In this document: piece after piece, positions 48,384 to 57,195 of the stretch
How positions within the stretch are numbered: position 1 is the first letter of the stretch
Layout of the letters: the number at the start of each line of letters is the position of its first letter
Notes under the pieces: model-generated
What the model saw: only the letters and a program-made list of their open reading frames with translations
Told to the model about the DNA's origin: nothing
Databases searched by the model: none
Program-made: the position numbers and the translations under genes
NCBI GenBank assembly: GCA_017962225.1
Contig: JAGCVT010000037.1
Span: 22,046-86,045, forward strand
Direction: 5' to 3'
Length of the DNA stretch: 64,000 nucleotides
Source of the DNA: Lachnospiraceae bacterium
GTDB taxonomy: Bacteria > Bacillota > Clostridia > Lachnospirales > Lachnospiraceae

Positions 48384-49436
48384 ATGAGATTTAAGAAATT
48401 TCTCTGTTCGTTCTTAATTGCAATTTCTTTCTGCGCATTATGTGCGTGCGGAAAAAAGGATGAAACAGACTATGTTACAATTGGATATGAAAAGCTCGAG
48501 GAGCCGGATTTTGCATCGGCGGAGCAGAATTTCAATCAGGCGGTCAACCAGGGCAAGAATCTTACATTGGCTTACAGAGGCCTAGGAATCTGCTACATGA
48601 ACAAGGGCGAATACGAAGAGGCCATTAAGGCTTTTAAGACCGCTCTGGCCGAAGACGGTGCGACACCCGATGACATTGATTTTGACATCAATTACTACAT
48701 AGGTGTCTGCTATCACAAGCTCGGCAAATACGAAGACGCAAAGGCAAGATACGACGCCATCATTGCGCTTAGACCACGTGAGGTTGACGCGTATATGCAG
48801 CGTGCGGCGGAATATCTTTATTTACAGGATGTAGACTCTGCATGCACGGATTTCGAAAAAGCACTGTCTTTAAAGAAAAAAGACTATTCGCTTTACATCG
48901 ATATTTACAATCTGCTCGCGGAAACAGGCTTTCAGCCTTACGGCGTGGACTATCTTAATGATGCGTTAAACAAGTACGACCGCAATATGTCGGATTACGA
49001 CAAGGGCTACATCAATTACTGTCTCGGCAATTACTCGACAGCGAAGAATTATCTCGAGCAGGCGAGAACCGGCGGCAACAAGAGCGAGGAAGTGCTTCTT
49101 TTACTCGGAAAATGCTATGAGGAACTCGACGATACCGCATTTGCGATTAACATTTATTATAAGTATCTCGAGTCAAATCCCGATTCCGGAGTGTACAATC
49201 AGCTGGCCGTGGCACTCATAGATCAGGGCAGATATGATGAAGCACTCGAGGCTGTGGTTAACGGACTTGAAATTGATTCCAACGAAGCACACCAGCAGCT
49301 TCTGTACAATCGGATTGTGGCATACGAACATCTTGGGGATTTTGAAAAGGCAAGAGACCTTTGTGCACAATATCTTGTGGATTACCCCTCGGATGAGAAC
49401 ATGGCGAGAGAATACGATTTCCTTAAGACTAGATAA
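48384..49436 (+). CDS. TPR-repeat lipoprotein
   Basis: Lipobox ALCAC; repeated TPR units (AYRGLGICYMNKGEYEEAIKAFKTAL and others). Confidence 0.88.
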   Translation: MRFKKFLCSFLIAISFCALCACGKKDETDYVTIGYEKLEEPDFASAEQNFNQAVNQGKNLTLAYRGLGICYMNKGEYEEAIKAFKTALAEDGATPDDIDFDINYYIGVCYHKLGKYEDAKARYDAIIALRPREVDAYMQRAAEYLYLQDVDSACTDFEKALSLKKKDYSLYIDIYNLLAETGFQPYGVDYLNDALNKYDRNMSDYDKGYINYCLGNYSTAKNYLEQARTGGNKSEEVLLLLGKCYEELDDTAFAINIYYKYLESNPDSGVYNQLAVALIDQGRYDEALEAVVNGLEIDSNEAHQQLLYNRIVAYEHLGDFEKARDLCAQYLVDYPSDENMAREYDFLKTR

Positions 49437-49455
49437 ATTATGTAAACCAAAATAC

Positions 49456-49495
49456 GAATGCATCCCTATTTTAAAGGGGATGCATTCTTTTTTTT
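49456..49495 (+). terminator. Intrinsic terminator
   Basis: GAATGCATCCC/GGGATGCATTC stem plus T8. Confidence 0.88.
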
Positions 49496-49521
49496 ATGTA
49501 AATTTGTGCAAACCTTACAAA

Positions 49522-49568
49522 CAACTATATATTGTGTTTGTAAAAAATTTCGGGCAAATATATAGTGG
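49522..49568. promoter_or_regulatory. Tandem NrdR boxes
   Basis: CAACTATATATTGTGT (49522) and GGCAAATATATAGTGG (49553), 31 bp apart, upstream of nrdD. Confidence 0.85.
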
Positions 49569-49575
49569 TTTTTCG

Positions 49576-49604
49576 TTGACATTACAAAGGGGTGATGATA
49601 CAAT
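49576..49604 (+). promoter_or_regulatory. sigmaA promoter of nrdD
   Basis: TTGACA-17 bp-TACAAT with TGn extension. Confidence 0.8.
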
Positions 49605-49653
49605 GGTTTCAATCGGCGCAAAGCCCAAAAGAATTGTGTTGGAGGAATGAAAA

Positions 49654-52155
49654 ATGTTTGGTGTAATTAAAAGGGACGGAGAAAAAACTGATTTTAATCT
49701 TGTAAAAATCAATGACGCAATCAAGAAAGCTTTTGATGCTACAAATGTTCAGTACAGTGAAGATATAATCGATCTTCTTGCTCTTCGTGTTACTGCTGAT
49801 TTTCAGGCGAAGATTAAGGAGGGTTACGTTCATGTCGAGGATATCCAGGACTCTGTAGAAAAGATTCTTGAGCAGTCAGGTTATGCAGAAGCTGCAAAGG
49901 CATTTATCCTTTATCGTAAGCAGCGTGAAAAAATGCGTAACTTAAAGTCAACGATCCTTGACTATAAAGACGTTGTAAATTCATATGTTAAAGTTGAAGA
50001 CTGGAGAGTTAAGGAAAACGCTACGGTTACATATTCCGTAGGCGGTCTTATTCTTTCAAACTCCGGTGCGGTTACCGCTAACTACTGGCTGTCCGAAATT
50101 TATGATGAGGAAATCGCAGAAGCACATCGTAATGCCGATATCCACATTCATGACCTTTCCATGCTTACAGGTTACTGTGCAGGCTGGTCATTAAAACAGC
50201 TCATAAAAGAAGGTTTGGGCGGAATCCCAGGAAAAATTACATCAGCTCCCGCTTCACATCTTTCGGTTCTCTGCAACCAGATGGTTAACTTCCTTGGCAT
50301 CATGCAGAATGAATGGGCAGGAGCTCAGGCATTCTCATCATTCGACACATATCTTGCTCCTTTCGTAAAAGTAGACAACCTTACATACGATGAAGTTAAG
50401 AAGTGTATCGAATCCTTCATCTACGGTGTAAATACACCTTCCAGATGGGGTACACAGGCTCCTTTCACCAACATTACTCTTGACTGGACCGTTCCTTCGG
50501 ACCTTGCAAACGAAAAAGCACTTGTAGGCGGCAAAGAGCAGGATTTCACATATGCTGACTGCAAGGATGAAATGGATATGATTAACCGTGCATTCCTCGA
50601 GACAATGATTGAAGGCGATGCAAACGGCAGAGGATTCCAGTATCCTATCCCTACATATTCAATTACAGAAGATTTTGACTGGTCAGACAGACTTAACAAC
50701 AAGCTTCTCTTTGATATGACCGCTAAATACGGCACACCTTATTTCTCAAACTACATCAACTCCGATATGAAGCCTTCGGATGTTCGTTCCATGTGCTGCA
50801 GACTTCGTCTTGATTTAAGAGAATTAAGAAAGAAAACCGGCGGTTTCTTCGGTTCGGGCGAATCAACAGGTTCCGTAGGCGTTGTTACAATCAACATGCC
50901 CCGTATCGCATACCTTGCAACAGATCCCGAAGATTTCTACAAGAGACTTGACCGTATCATGGATATCTCCGCAAGATCCTTAAAGCTTAAGAGAGGCGTT
51001 ATTTCAAGACTTCTTGAAGAAGGCTTATATCCTTACACAAAGAGATACTTGGGCAACTTTGACAACCACTTCTCAACCATCGGTCTTATCGGTATGAACG
51101 AAGTTGGTCTTAACGCCAAGTGGCTCGGCCATGACATGACAAACAAGGATACCCAGGAATTCACCAAGGAGGTCCTTAACCATATGAGAAACCGTCTCTC
51201 CGATTATCAGGAACAGTACGGCGATCTTTACAACCTTGAAGCAACTCCCGCAGAGTCCACATCTTACCGTCTTGCAAAGCATGATCGTAAAAGATGGCCG
51301 GACATCAAGACAGCAGGCAAAGAAGGCGATACACCTTACTACACCAACTCATCACATCTTCCCGTTGACTTTACGGATGATGTATTTGATGCTCTTGATA
51401 TTCAGGACGAACTTCAGACACTTTACACTTCGGGAACAGTATTCCATGCATTCCTTGGCGAGAAGCTTCCCGACTGGAAGGCAGCAGCCAAGCTTGTTCG
51501 TACAATAGCTGAAAACTACAAGCTTCCTTACTACACAATGTCTCCTACATATTCAATCTGTAAGAACCACGGTTATCTTGCAGGCGAGCAGGATACATGT
51601 CCCGACTGCGGATGCAAGACCGAAGTTTACTCACGTATCACAGGTTACTACAGACCGGTTCAGAACTGGAATGACGGTAAGCTTCAGGAGTTCAAGAACA
51701 GAAAAGAATACGATATCAATCTTTCACTTTCCAAATCCGAAGATCTGGAAAACAAGAGCCAGAACATTACTGCAACAGTTAATGTGGCAGAGCCCGTAAA
51801 TGATACTGTTGCTCCCGAAAGTGTTCAGGCGCCCACAGAAAACGTTAATCCCGCATATGCAGACTTATTCGGTGTTTCAAATGCAGCACCTGCAGCAAGC
51901 ACAGCACCCGCTGATGACAGCACGGTAATCTTATTTACCACAAAGACCTGTCCTAACTGTGCAATTGCCAAGGATTACTTGGGAGACCTTCCCTACAAGT
52001 TAATCGATGCTCTTGAGCAGCCCGATCTTGCAAGAAAGTACGGCGTTCAGATGGCTCCCACACTTGTAGTTGACAAGGGCGGCGACATTGTTAAGTATGT
52101 CCGCGCTTCGGAAATCAAGAAATATGTTGATGAAAAGAAGGGCGTGATGGCATAA
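49654..52155 (+). CDS. nrdD: Class III anaerobic ribonucleoside-triphosphate reductase with ATP-cone and fused C-terminal glutaredoxin/NrdH-like domain
   Basis: VIKRDG ATP-cone, HIHDL, SMCCRL, TPAES, CKNHG..CPDC, YSRITGYYRP; C-terminal TKTCPNC...MAPTLVV. Confidence 0.93.
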   Translation: MFGVIKRDGEKTDFNLVKINDAIKKAFDATNVQYSEDIIDLLALRVTADFQAKIKEGYVHVEDIQDSVEKILEQSGYAEAAKAFILYRKQREKMRNLKSTILDYKDVVNSYVKVEDWRVKENATVTYSVGGLILSNSGAVTANYWLSEIYDEEIAEAHRNADIHIHDLSMLTGYCAGWSLKQLIKEGLGGIPGKITSAPASHLSVLCNQMVNFLGIMQNEWAGAQAFSSFDTYLAPFVKVDNLTYDEVKKCIESFIYGVNTPSRWGTQAPFTNITLDWTVPSDLANEKALVGGKEQDFTYADCKDEMDMINRAFLETMIEGDANGRGFQYPIPTYSITEDFDWSDRLNNKLLFDMTAKYGTPYFSNYINSDMKPSDVRSMCCRLRLDLRELRKKTGGFFGSGESTGSVGVVTINMPRIAYLATDPEDFYKRLDRIMDISARSLKLKRGVISRLLEEGLYPYTKRYLGNFDNHFSTIGLIGMNEVGLNAKWLGHDMTNKDTQEFTKEVLNHMRNRLSDYQEQYGDLYNLEATPAESTSYRLAKHDRKRWPDIKTAGKEGDTPYYTNSSHLPVDFTDDVFDALDIQDELQTLYTSGTVFHAFLGEKLPDWKAAAKLVRTIAENYKLPYYTMSPTYSICKNHGYLAGEQDTCPDCGCKTEVYSRITGYYRPVQNWNDGKLQEFKNRKEYDINLSLSKSEDLENKSQNITATVNVAEPVNDTVAPESVQAPTENVNPAYADLFGVSNAAPAASTAPADDSTVILFTTKTCPNCAIAKDYLGDLPYKLIDALEQPDLARKYGVQMAPTLVVDKGGDIVKYVRASEIKKYVDEKKGVMA

Positions 52156-53079
52156 ATGATACAGAAGCTGATTGACAATATCGTAAGTAAAGACGCTCCC
52201 ATCGTGGTGGGACTCGATCCCAATCCCAAATTTGTCCCGATGGATATAATGAGCGAATGCATCGAAGCATACGGCGCAAACCTTAAAGGTATTGCAGAAG
52301 CCGTATGGCTCTACAACAAAGCTATAGTGGATGCGGTATATGATTTAATCCCCGCAGTTAAACCTCAGATTGCAATGTATGAGCAGTTCGGAGTTCCGGG
52401 CGTAGAAGTATTTAAAAGAACCGTTGATTACTGCAAATCAAAAGATCTGGTAGTAATCGGAGATATTAAAAGAGGCGATATCGGCTCGACATCGCAGGCA
52501 TATGCGGAGGGACATCTCGGAAGCATAGAAATCTGCGGACAGAAGTTCGCTCCGTTTGATGAAGACTTTGCAACGGTTAACCCGTATCTCGGAACAGACG
52601 GCGTAAAGCCTTTCGTAGATGTATGTAAGGCAAACGACAGAGGAATCTTTGTACTTGTTAAAACATCCAATCCCAGCTCAGGCGAATTCCAGGATCGAAT
52701 CATTGACGGCAAACCTCTTTACGAGCATGTTGCTGACAAGGTTAATGAATGGGGAGCTGACTGCATGGACGGCGAATACAGTAATGTAGGCGCAGTAGTC
52801 GGAGCCACATATCCCGAGCAGGGTAAGATTTTAAGAGAAAAGATGCCCAAGACCTTCATCCTGGTTCCCGGTTACGGAGCACAGGGAGGCAAAGGCGCAG
52901 ACTTGGTTCACTTCTTCAACAAGGACGGACTTGGCGCCATCATCAATTCCTCTAGAGGAATCATCGCAGCATATCAGAGTCCCAACTATCCGGGATACGG
53001 CGAAAAGAATTTTGCCGATGCCTCAAGACAGGCTGTAATCGATATGAAAGAAGATATAAAATCAGCTCTCGGCAAATAA
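52156..53079 (+). CDS. pyrF: Orotidine-5'-phosphate decarboxylase
   Basis: VGLDP, DIKRGDIGST, KTSNP, VVGAT, LVPGYGAQGG, NSSRGII. Confidence 0.95.
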   Translation: MIQKLIDNIVSKDAPIVVGLDPNPKFVPMDIMSECIEAYGANLKGIAEAVWLYNKAIVDAVYDLIPAVKPQIAMYEQFGVPGVEVFKRTVDYCKSKDLVVIGDIKRGDIGSTSQAYAEGHLGSIEICGQKFAPFDEDFATVNPYLGTDGVKPFVDVCKANDRGIFVLVKTSNPSSGEFQDRIIDGKPLYEHVADKVNEWGADCMDGEYSNVGAVVGATYPEQGKILREKMPKTFILVPGYGAQGGKGADLVHFFNKDGLGAIINSSRGIIAAYQSPNYPGYGEKNFADASRQAVIDMKEDIKSALGK

Positions 53080-53089
53080 GAAAATTCAG

Positions 53090-53132
53090 GTGCCGGAAGA
53101 ACGTAAAATGCGTTCCTCCGGCACATTTTTTT
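53090..53132 (+). terminator. Intrinsic terminator
   Basis: GTGCCGGAAGAACG/CGTTCCTCCGGCAC stem plus T-tract. Confidence 0.8.
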
Positions 53133-53133
53133 C

Positions 53134-53162
53134 TTGCAAAAAGCGCCGTAAACCAATAAAAT
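53134..53162 (+). promoter_or_regulatory. Putative sigmaA promoter giving a leaderless transcript
   Basis: TTGCAA-17 bp-TAAAAT; ATG 53169 follows 6 nt later with no SD sequence. Confidence 0.5.
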
Positions 53163-53168
53163 TGAATT

Positions 53169-54353
53169 ATGGGGCGAACACAAGATATAGGGAACGTAAA
53201 AGCATACAAATCTGACTTAAGGAAATACCAATTTGTCAAAAAAGTTATCGTTCCTTTTGTTAAATCTAAATTTAACTTCAAGGTCGAAAATCGGTACAAA
53301 ATGCCTGATGTGCCGTTTATTGCCATTTCCAACCATGTTACCAACCTTGACATGGTCTGGATTGCTTTGTCGATAGACAAACATCTATATTTTGTGGCCG
53401 GAGAACAGGTCGTAAGAAAAGGAATCGGCGGTAAACTGGTCAACTGGACCTTCCATCCGATTGTGCGCGAAAAAGCCACGGTCGGGCTCTCCACAGTCGT
53501 CGAAATGAAGAAGCATCTTCAGGCCGGACACAATGTCGGACTCTTTGCCGAAGGCGTCAGATCGGCGGACGGACTTTCCAATAAAATTGTTCCTTCGAGC
53601 GCAGCCGTTCTTAAAAAACTCGGCTTCACAGTAGTCACTTTTAAAATCCACGGCGGATTTTTCACATCGCCCAGATGGTCATCGGATATAAGACGCGGAA
53701 AGATGACCTGCGAACTGGTCAATATTTATTCACCCGAAGAATTAAACAAAATGAGCGTCGATGAGTTTGATAAGGCTTTAAATGCCGATATTTTCGAAGA
53801 CGCATATGCATATAACGCAATCCATAAAATCCCTTATAAGAGCAGAAAACTCGCGGAAGGCATCGAATATGAGCTTGTAATGTGTCCCAAATGCAGGAAA
53901 ATGGCCATAATAAAATCAAAGAAAGATACCTTTTTTTGTGACTGCGGCTTAAAAGGGATGTATAATGAATACGGTATGTTAAGCGGAGAGGGATTTGATT
54001 TTAAAACAATCCCCGAATGGGACACTTGGCAGAAAAAAGAAATCGATGCGCTTGACTTTAAAGACGGCGAAATAATCCTTTCGCACCCAAACCAGCGCAT
54101 GACCGAGATTTCGAAGGATCATTCCGAAAAGGTTGTTGGAGAAGGACAGCTTGTTTTAAAGAAAGATTCGATAGCTGTCGGCGAAAAAATCGTTTCGTTT
54201 AACGAAATAAGAGACTGTGATATTTTCTATCACGGATTTCTTTTAATTTCTACAAAAGACAAAAAATATTACGAGATTTCTAACCCGGACTGCAAATACC
54301 CCGGATATCTCTACAAGCTGTTAATTAAAAGGTTTGTGGAAAACGGGATTTAA
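53169..54353 (+). CDS. Lysophospholipid acyltransferase (PlsC-like) with C-terminal zinc-ribbon-like region
   Basis: SNHVTNLD (HX4D), LFAEGVRS; CPKC...CDC. Confidence 0.85.
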   Translation: MGRTQDIGNVKAYKSDLRKYQFVKKVIVPFVKSKFNFKVENRYKMPDVPFIAISNHVTNLDMVWIALSIDKHLYFVAGEQVVRKGIGGKLVNWTFHPIVREKATVGLSTVVEMKKHLQAGHNVGLFAEGVRSADGLSNKIVPSSAAVLKKLGFTVVTFKIHGGFFTSPRWSSDIRRGKMTCELVNIYSPEELNKMSVDEFDKALNADIFEDAYAYNAIHKIPYKSRKLAEGIEYELVMCPKCRKMAIIKSKKDTFFCDCGLKGMYNEYGMLSGEGFDFKTIPEWDTWQKKEIDALDFKDGEIILSHPNQRMTEISKDHSEKVVGEGQLVLKKDSIAVGEKIVSFNEIRDCDIFYHGFLLISTKDKKYYEISNPDCKYPGYLYKLLIKRFVENGI

Positions 54354-54382
54354 ATAAATTTTAGAAAAACGAGGATGAATGA

Positions 54383-55810
54383 ATGTCTAGCGGATTATCG
54401 TTTGCAAGCAACAGTGTCTGGCCCGTAATTATGTTTATTGCTGTAATCATGGGAGGTCTTTTAGTCGGAAATACTCTTAAAAGATATATTCCGTTCTTAA
54501 AAAAATCCCTCATACCCGTGTCGGTTATAGGCGGAATTTTCCTGCTTTTTGTATCTTCCGTACTTAAATTCACCACGGGCGAATATCTTTTTAACTGGTC
54601 GATTTTCTGTGAAGGAACCAAAATGACCGGTATCGAAATGCTCGAGATAATGACATATCACTGTCTGGCTATCGGTTTTATCGCCATGACGTTAAGAAAA
54701 TCGGACAGCAAGGGCAAAACCAAAGGACGTGTAACAGAGGTTGTAAACACAGGTATCACGACCGTCAGCACATATCTTTTACAGGGCTTCTTCGGACTTG
54801 CAATTACGGTTGTTGCATCTTTTATCATCCCCAAGCTCATAAAAGCATCAGGCATTATCCTCTGCTTCGGTTTCGGACAGGGTACCGGCCAGGCGCTTAA
54901 CTACGGTTCAATCTACGAAACGGATTACGGCTTTATCGGCGGAAAATCCTTCGGCCTTACAATCGCCGCATTAGGTTTCCTTGCAGCAAGTATCGGCGGT
55001 GTCCTTTACCTTAACTATCATAAAAGAAAAGGTGATATCGTAATCCGCGAAAGCGTATCGCAATTAAATCAGGAAAAGGTGGAAGAAGAGGGCGAAGTAC
55101 CGATGGTTGATTCCATTGACAAGCTCACCCTTCAGATTTCGCTTGTTTTCGTTTGCTACGCACTTACATATCTTCTTATGTACCTGCTCGGCAATCTCGT
55201 CGGAGACGGCCTTAAAACAACGATTTACGGCTTTAACTTCCTGCTCGGTACACTTTCCGCAGTCATCGTAAAAGAAGTATTAAAGCTTTTAAGAAAAACT
55301 AATTTAATGCACAGGGACTATGTCAACAATTTCCTCTTAAACAGAATTGCGGGATTTGCTTTTGACATCATGATTGTTGCAGGTATCGGAGCCATCAGAG
55401 TAGACCTCATAAAAGACTACTGGGTAGTGCTTTTGATCCTCGGTGTAGTCGGTGTCCTTGTAACATTCCTTTACATCAAATTCGTATCGTTCAAACTCTT
55501 TAAAAACTATGAGCATGAACAGTTCATGGTAATGTACGGCATGTTAACCGGTACGGCTTCGACAGGTGTCATTTTACTTCGTGAAATCGACCCTTCATTC
55601 GAAACGCCTGCATCGGAAAACATCGTTTACCAGAACTTCCCGGCGATTCTTTTAGGATTTCCTATGATGCTCGTTGCGGCGTTCTGTCCGAAGAGCGATA
55701 TGGCGACATACATTACTATGGGCGTAATTGCACTTTACTTTATAGTGCTTAACATCATTCTTTTCAGAAGTCTGATATTTAAGAAAAAGAAAAAAGCAGC
55801 GAAAGAATAG
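54383..55810 (+). CDS. Sodium/glutamate symporter (GltS/ESS) family transporter
   Basis: LIPVSVIGG, GFGQGTGQA, YGMLTGTASTG re-entrant motifs; polytopic. Confidence 0.7.
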   Translation: MSSGLSFASNSVWPVIMFIAVIMGGLLVGNTLKRYIPFLKKSLIPVSVIGGIFLLFVSSVLKFTTGEYLFNWSIFCEGTKMTGIEMLEIMTYHCLAIGFIAMTLRKSDSKGKTKGRVTEVVNTGITTVSTYLLQGFFGLAITVVASFIIPKLIKASGIILCFGFGQGTGQALNYGSIYETDYGFIGGKSFGLTIAALGFLAASIGGVLYLNYHKRKGDIVIRESVSQLNQEKVEEEGEVPMVDSIDKLTLQISLVFVCYALTYLLMYLLGNLVGDGLKTTIYGFNFLLGTLSAVIVKEVLKLLRKTNLMHRDYVNNFLLNRIAGFAFDIMIVAGIGAIRVDLIKDYWVVLLILGVVGVLVTFLYIKFVSFKLFKNYEHEQFMVMYGMLTGTASTGVILLREIDPSFETPASENIVYQNFPAILLGFPMMLVAAFCPKSDMATYITMGVIALYFIVLNIILFRSLIFKKKKKAAKE

Positions 55811-55832
55811 ACTGTTTTAAGAGGAGTTAAAA

Positions 55833-56354
55833 TTGGTAATAGATTCTGATAAATACTTACAGGTCGGAGCAATCACTTCGACGCACGGAATAAAGGGCGA
55901 AGTAAAAGTTTATCCGACGACGGACGATGCATCAAGATACGACGATCTCGACGAGGTCTTCCTTGATACGGGCAAGGAACTGATGCCGTTACATATTACG
56001 GGCGTTAAATATTTCAAGCAGTATGTAATCGTAAAATTCAGGGAATTTAAGGATATCAACGAGATAGAGCCTTATAAGGGTAAGAATATCTACGTTGACA
56101 GAGAACACGCAGTGGATCTCGATGAGGATGAATATTTCGTTGCGGATCTTTTAGGATTAAAAGTTGTGACCGATGAAGGCGAGGAATTCGGTGAATTAAC
56201 GGACGTGCTCTTTACCAAGGCAAACGATGTTTACACCGTAACAAGACCTGACGGAAAAGAAGTTTTAATCCCTGCGATAGAAGAGTGCATACTTGATATC
56301 GATCTTGACGAAGAAGTCATGACAATACATATTATGCCGGGTCTTTTAGACTAA
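55833..56354 (+). CDS. rimM: 16S rRNA processing protein RimM
   Basis: VGAITSTHGIKGEVKV, EYFVADLLGLKV, ANDVY, VLIPA; TTG start with GAGGAG RBS. Confidence 0.96.
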   Translation: MVIDSDKYLQVGAITSTHGIKGEVKVYPTTDDASRYDDLDEVFLDTGKELMPLHITGVKYFKQYVIVKFREFKDINEIEPYKGKNIYVDREHAVDLDEDEYFVADLLGLKVVTDEGEEFGELTDVLFTKANDVYTVTRPDGKEVLIPAIEECILDIDLDEEVMTIHIMPGLLD

Positions 56355-56364
56355 GGAGAGCGGT

Positions 56365-57195
56365 TTGAATTTTCATATTCTGACATTATTTCCCGAGATG
56401 GTTGAAAATGCTTTAAACACGAGTATTTTAAAGCGTGCATCTGACACGGGAATAATATCAATCAACGCAATTAATATAAGGGATTATTCGACGGACAAAC
56501 ATAAAAAGGTCGACGATTATCCGTATGGCGGCGGAGCCGGGATGTTAATGCAGGCTCAGCCTGTTTTTGATGCTTACGGGGATCTCTGCAAATCAATCAA
56601 AAAGAGAAAAAAATCGAGAGCAAAAAAGCTTAAGGTCCGCGTGCTTTACATGACTCCCCAGGGCAGGACTTTTGACCAGCAGTTTGCCGAAAAACTGGCC
56701 AAAGAAGAGGATTTAATCTTCCTTTGCGGACATTACGAAGGGATAGACGAACGCGTAATCGAAGAGATTGTTACCGACGAAGTGTCTTTAGGAGATTTCG
56801 TGCTTACGGGCGGAGAACTTCCTGCAATGGTAATGATTGACTGCATTTCAAGATTAATCCCCGGAGTACTGGGTTCCGATGAATCTGCGTCGGATGAAAG
56901 CTTTTCCGACGGACTGCTTGAATATCCGCAGTACTCAAGACCTGAAGTCTGGCAGGACAAGGCAGTTCCCGAGGTGCTTTTGAGCGGAAATCACAAGGAA
57001 ATCGAAAAGTGGCGCATGGCCATGTCGCTTGAGAGAACAAAAGAAAAACGTCCGGATTTATACAACATCGTAAAAGACGAGCTCGAAGAGTTTAAAAAAG
57101 ATAATCCGAAGAAATTCAGAAAGAAACGCACCGAAGCAGAAGAAGTGCTTAAAATGCGCGAGCTTAAGAAACAGGAAAATGGAAAAGAAGAATAA
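56365..57195 (+). CDS. trmD: tRNA (guanine-N1)-methyltransferase
   Basis: LTLFPEM, VDDYPYGGGAGM, CGHYEGIDER, SLGDFVLTGGE, LLEYPQYSRP. Confidence 0.97.
   Translation: MNFHILTLFPEMVENALNTSILKRASDTGIISINAINIRDYSTDKHKKVDDYPYGGGAGMLMQAQPVFDAYGDLCKSIKKRKKSRAKKLKVRVLYMTPQGRTFDQQFAEKLAKEEDLIFLCGHYEGIDERVIEEIVTDEVSLGDFVLTGGELPAMVMIDCISRLIPGVLGSDESASDESFSDGLLEYPQYSRPEVWQDKAVPEVLLSGNHKEIEKWRMAMSLERTKEKRPDLYNIVKDELEEFKKDNPKKFRKKRTEAEEVLKMRELKKQENGKEE

Noticed and set aside
3072-49452. Exact 15-mer TTATGTAAACCAAAA at 3072 and 49438, both just after stop codons
   Set aside because: AT-rich, non-palindromic and with no extended similarity; such matches are plausible by chance in 64 kb
49504-49521. Rex-like site TTGTGCAAACCTTACAAA upstream of nrdD
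   Set aside because: Right half-site matches poorly; too weak to call
49234-49650. 138-aa ORF spanning the TPR 3' end and nrdD promoter
   Set aside because: Runs through a terminator, NrdR boxes and a promoter; not a credible gene
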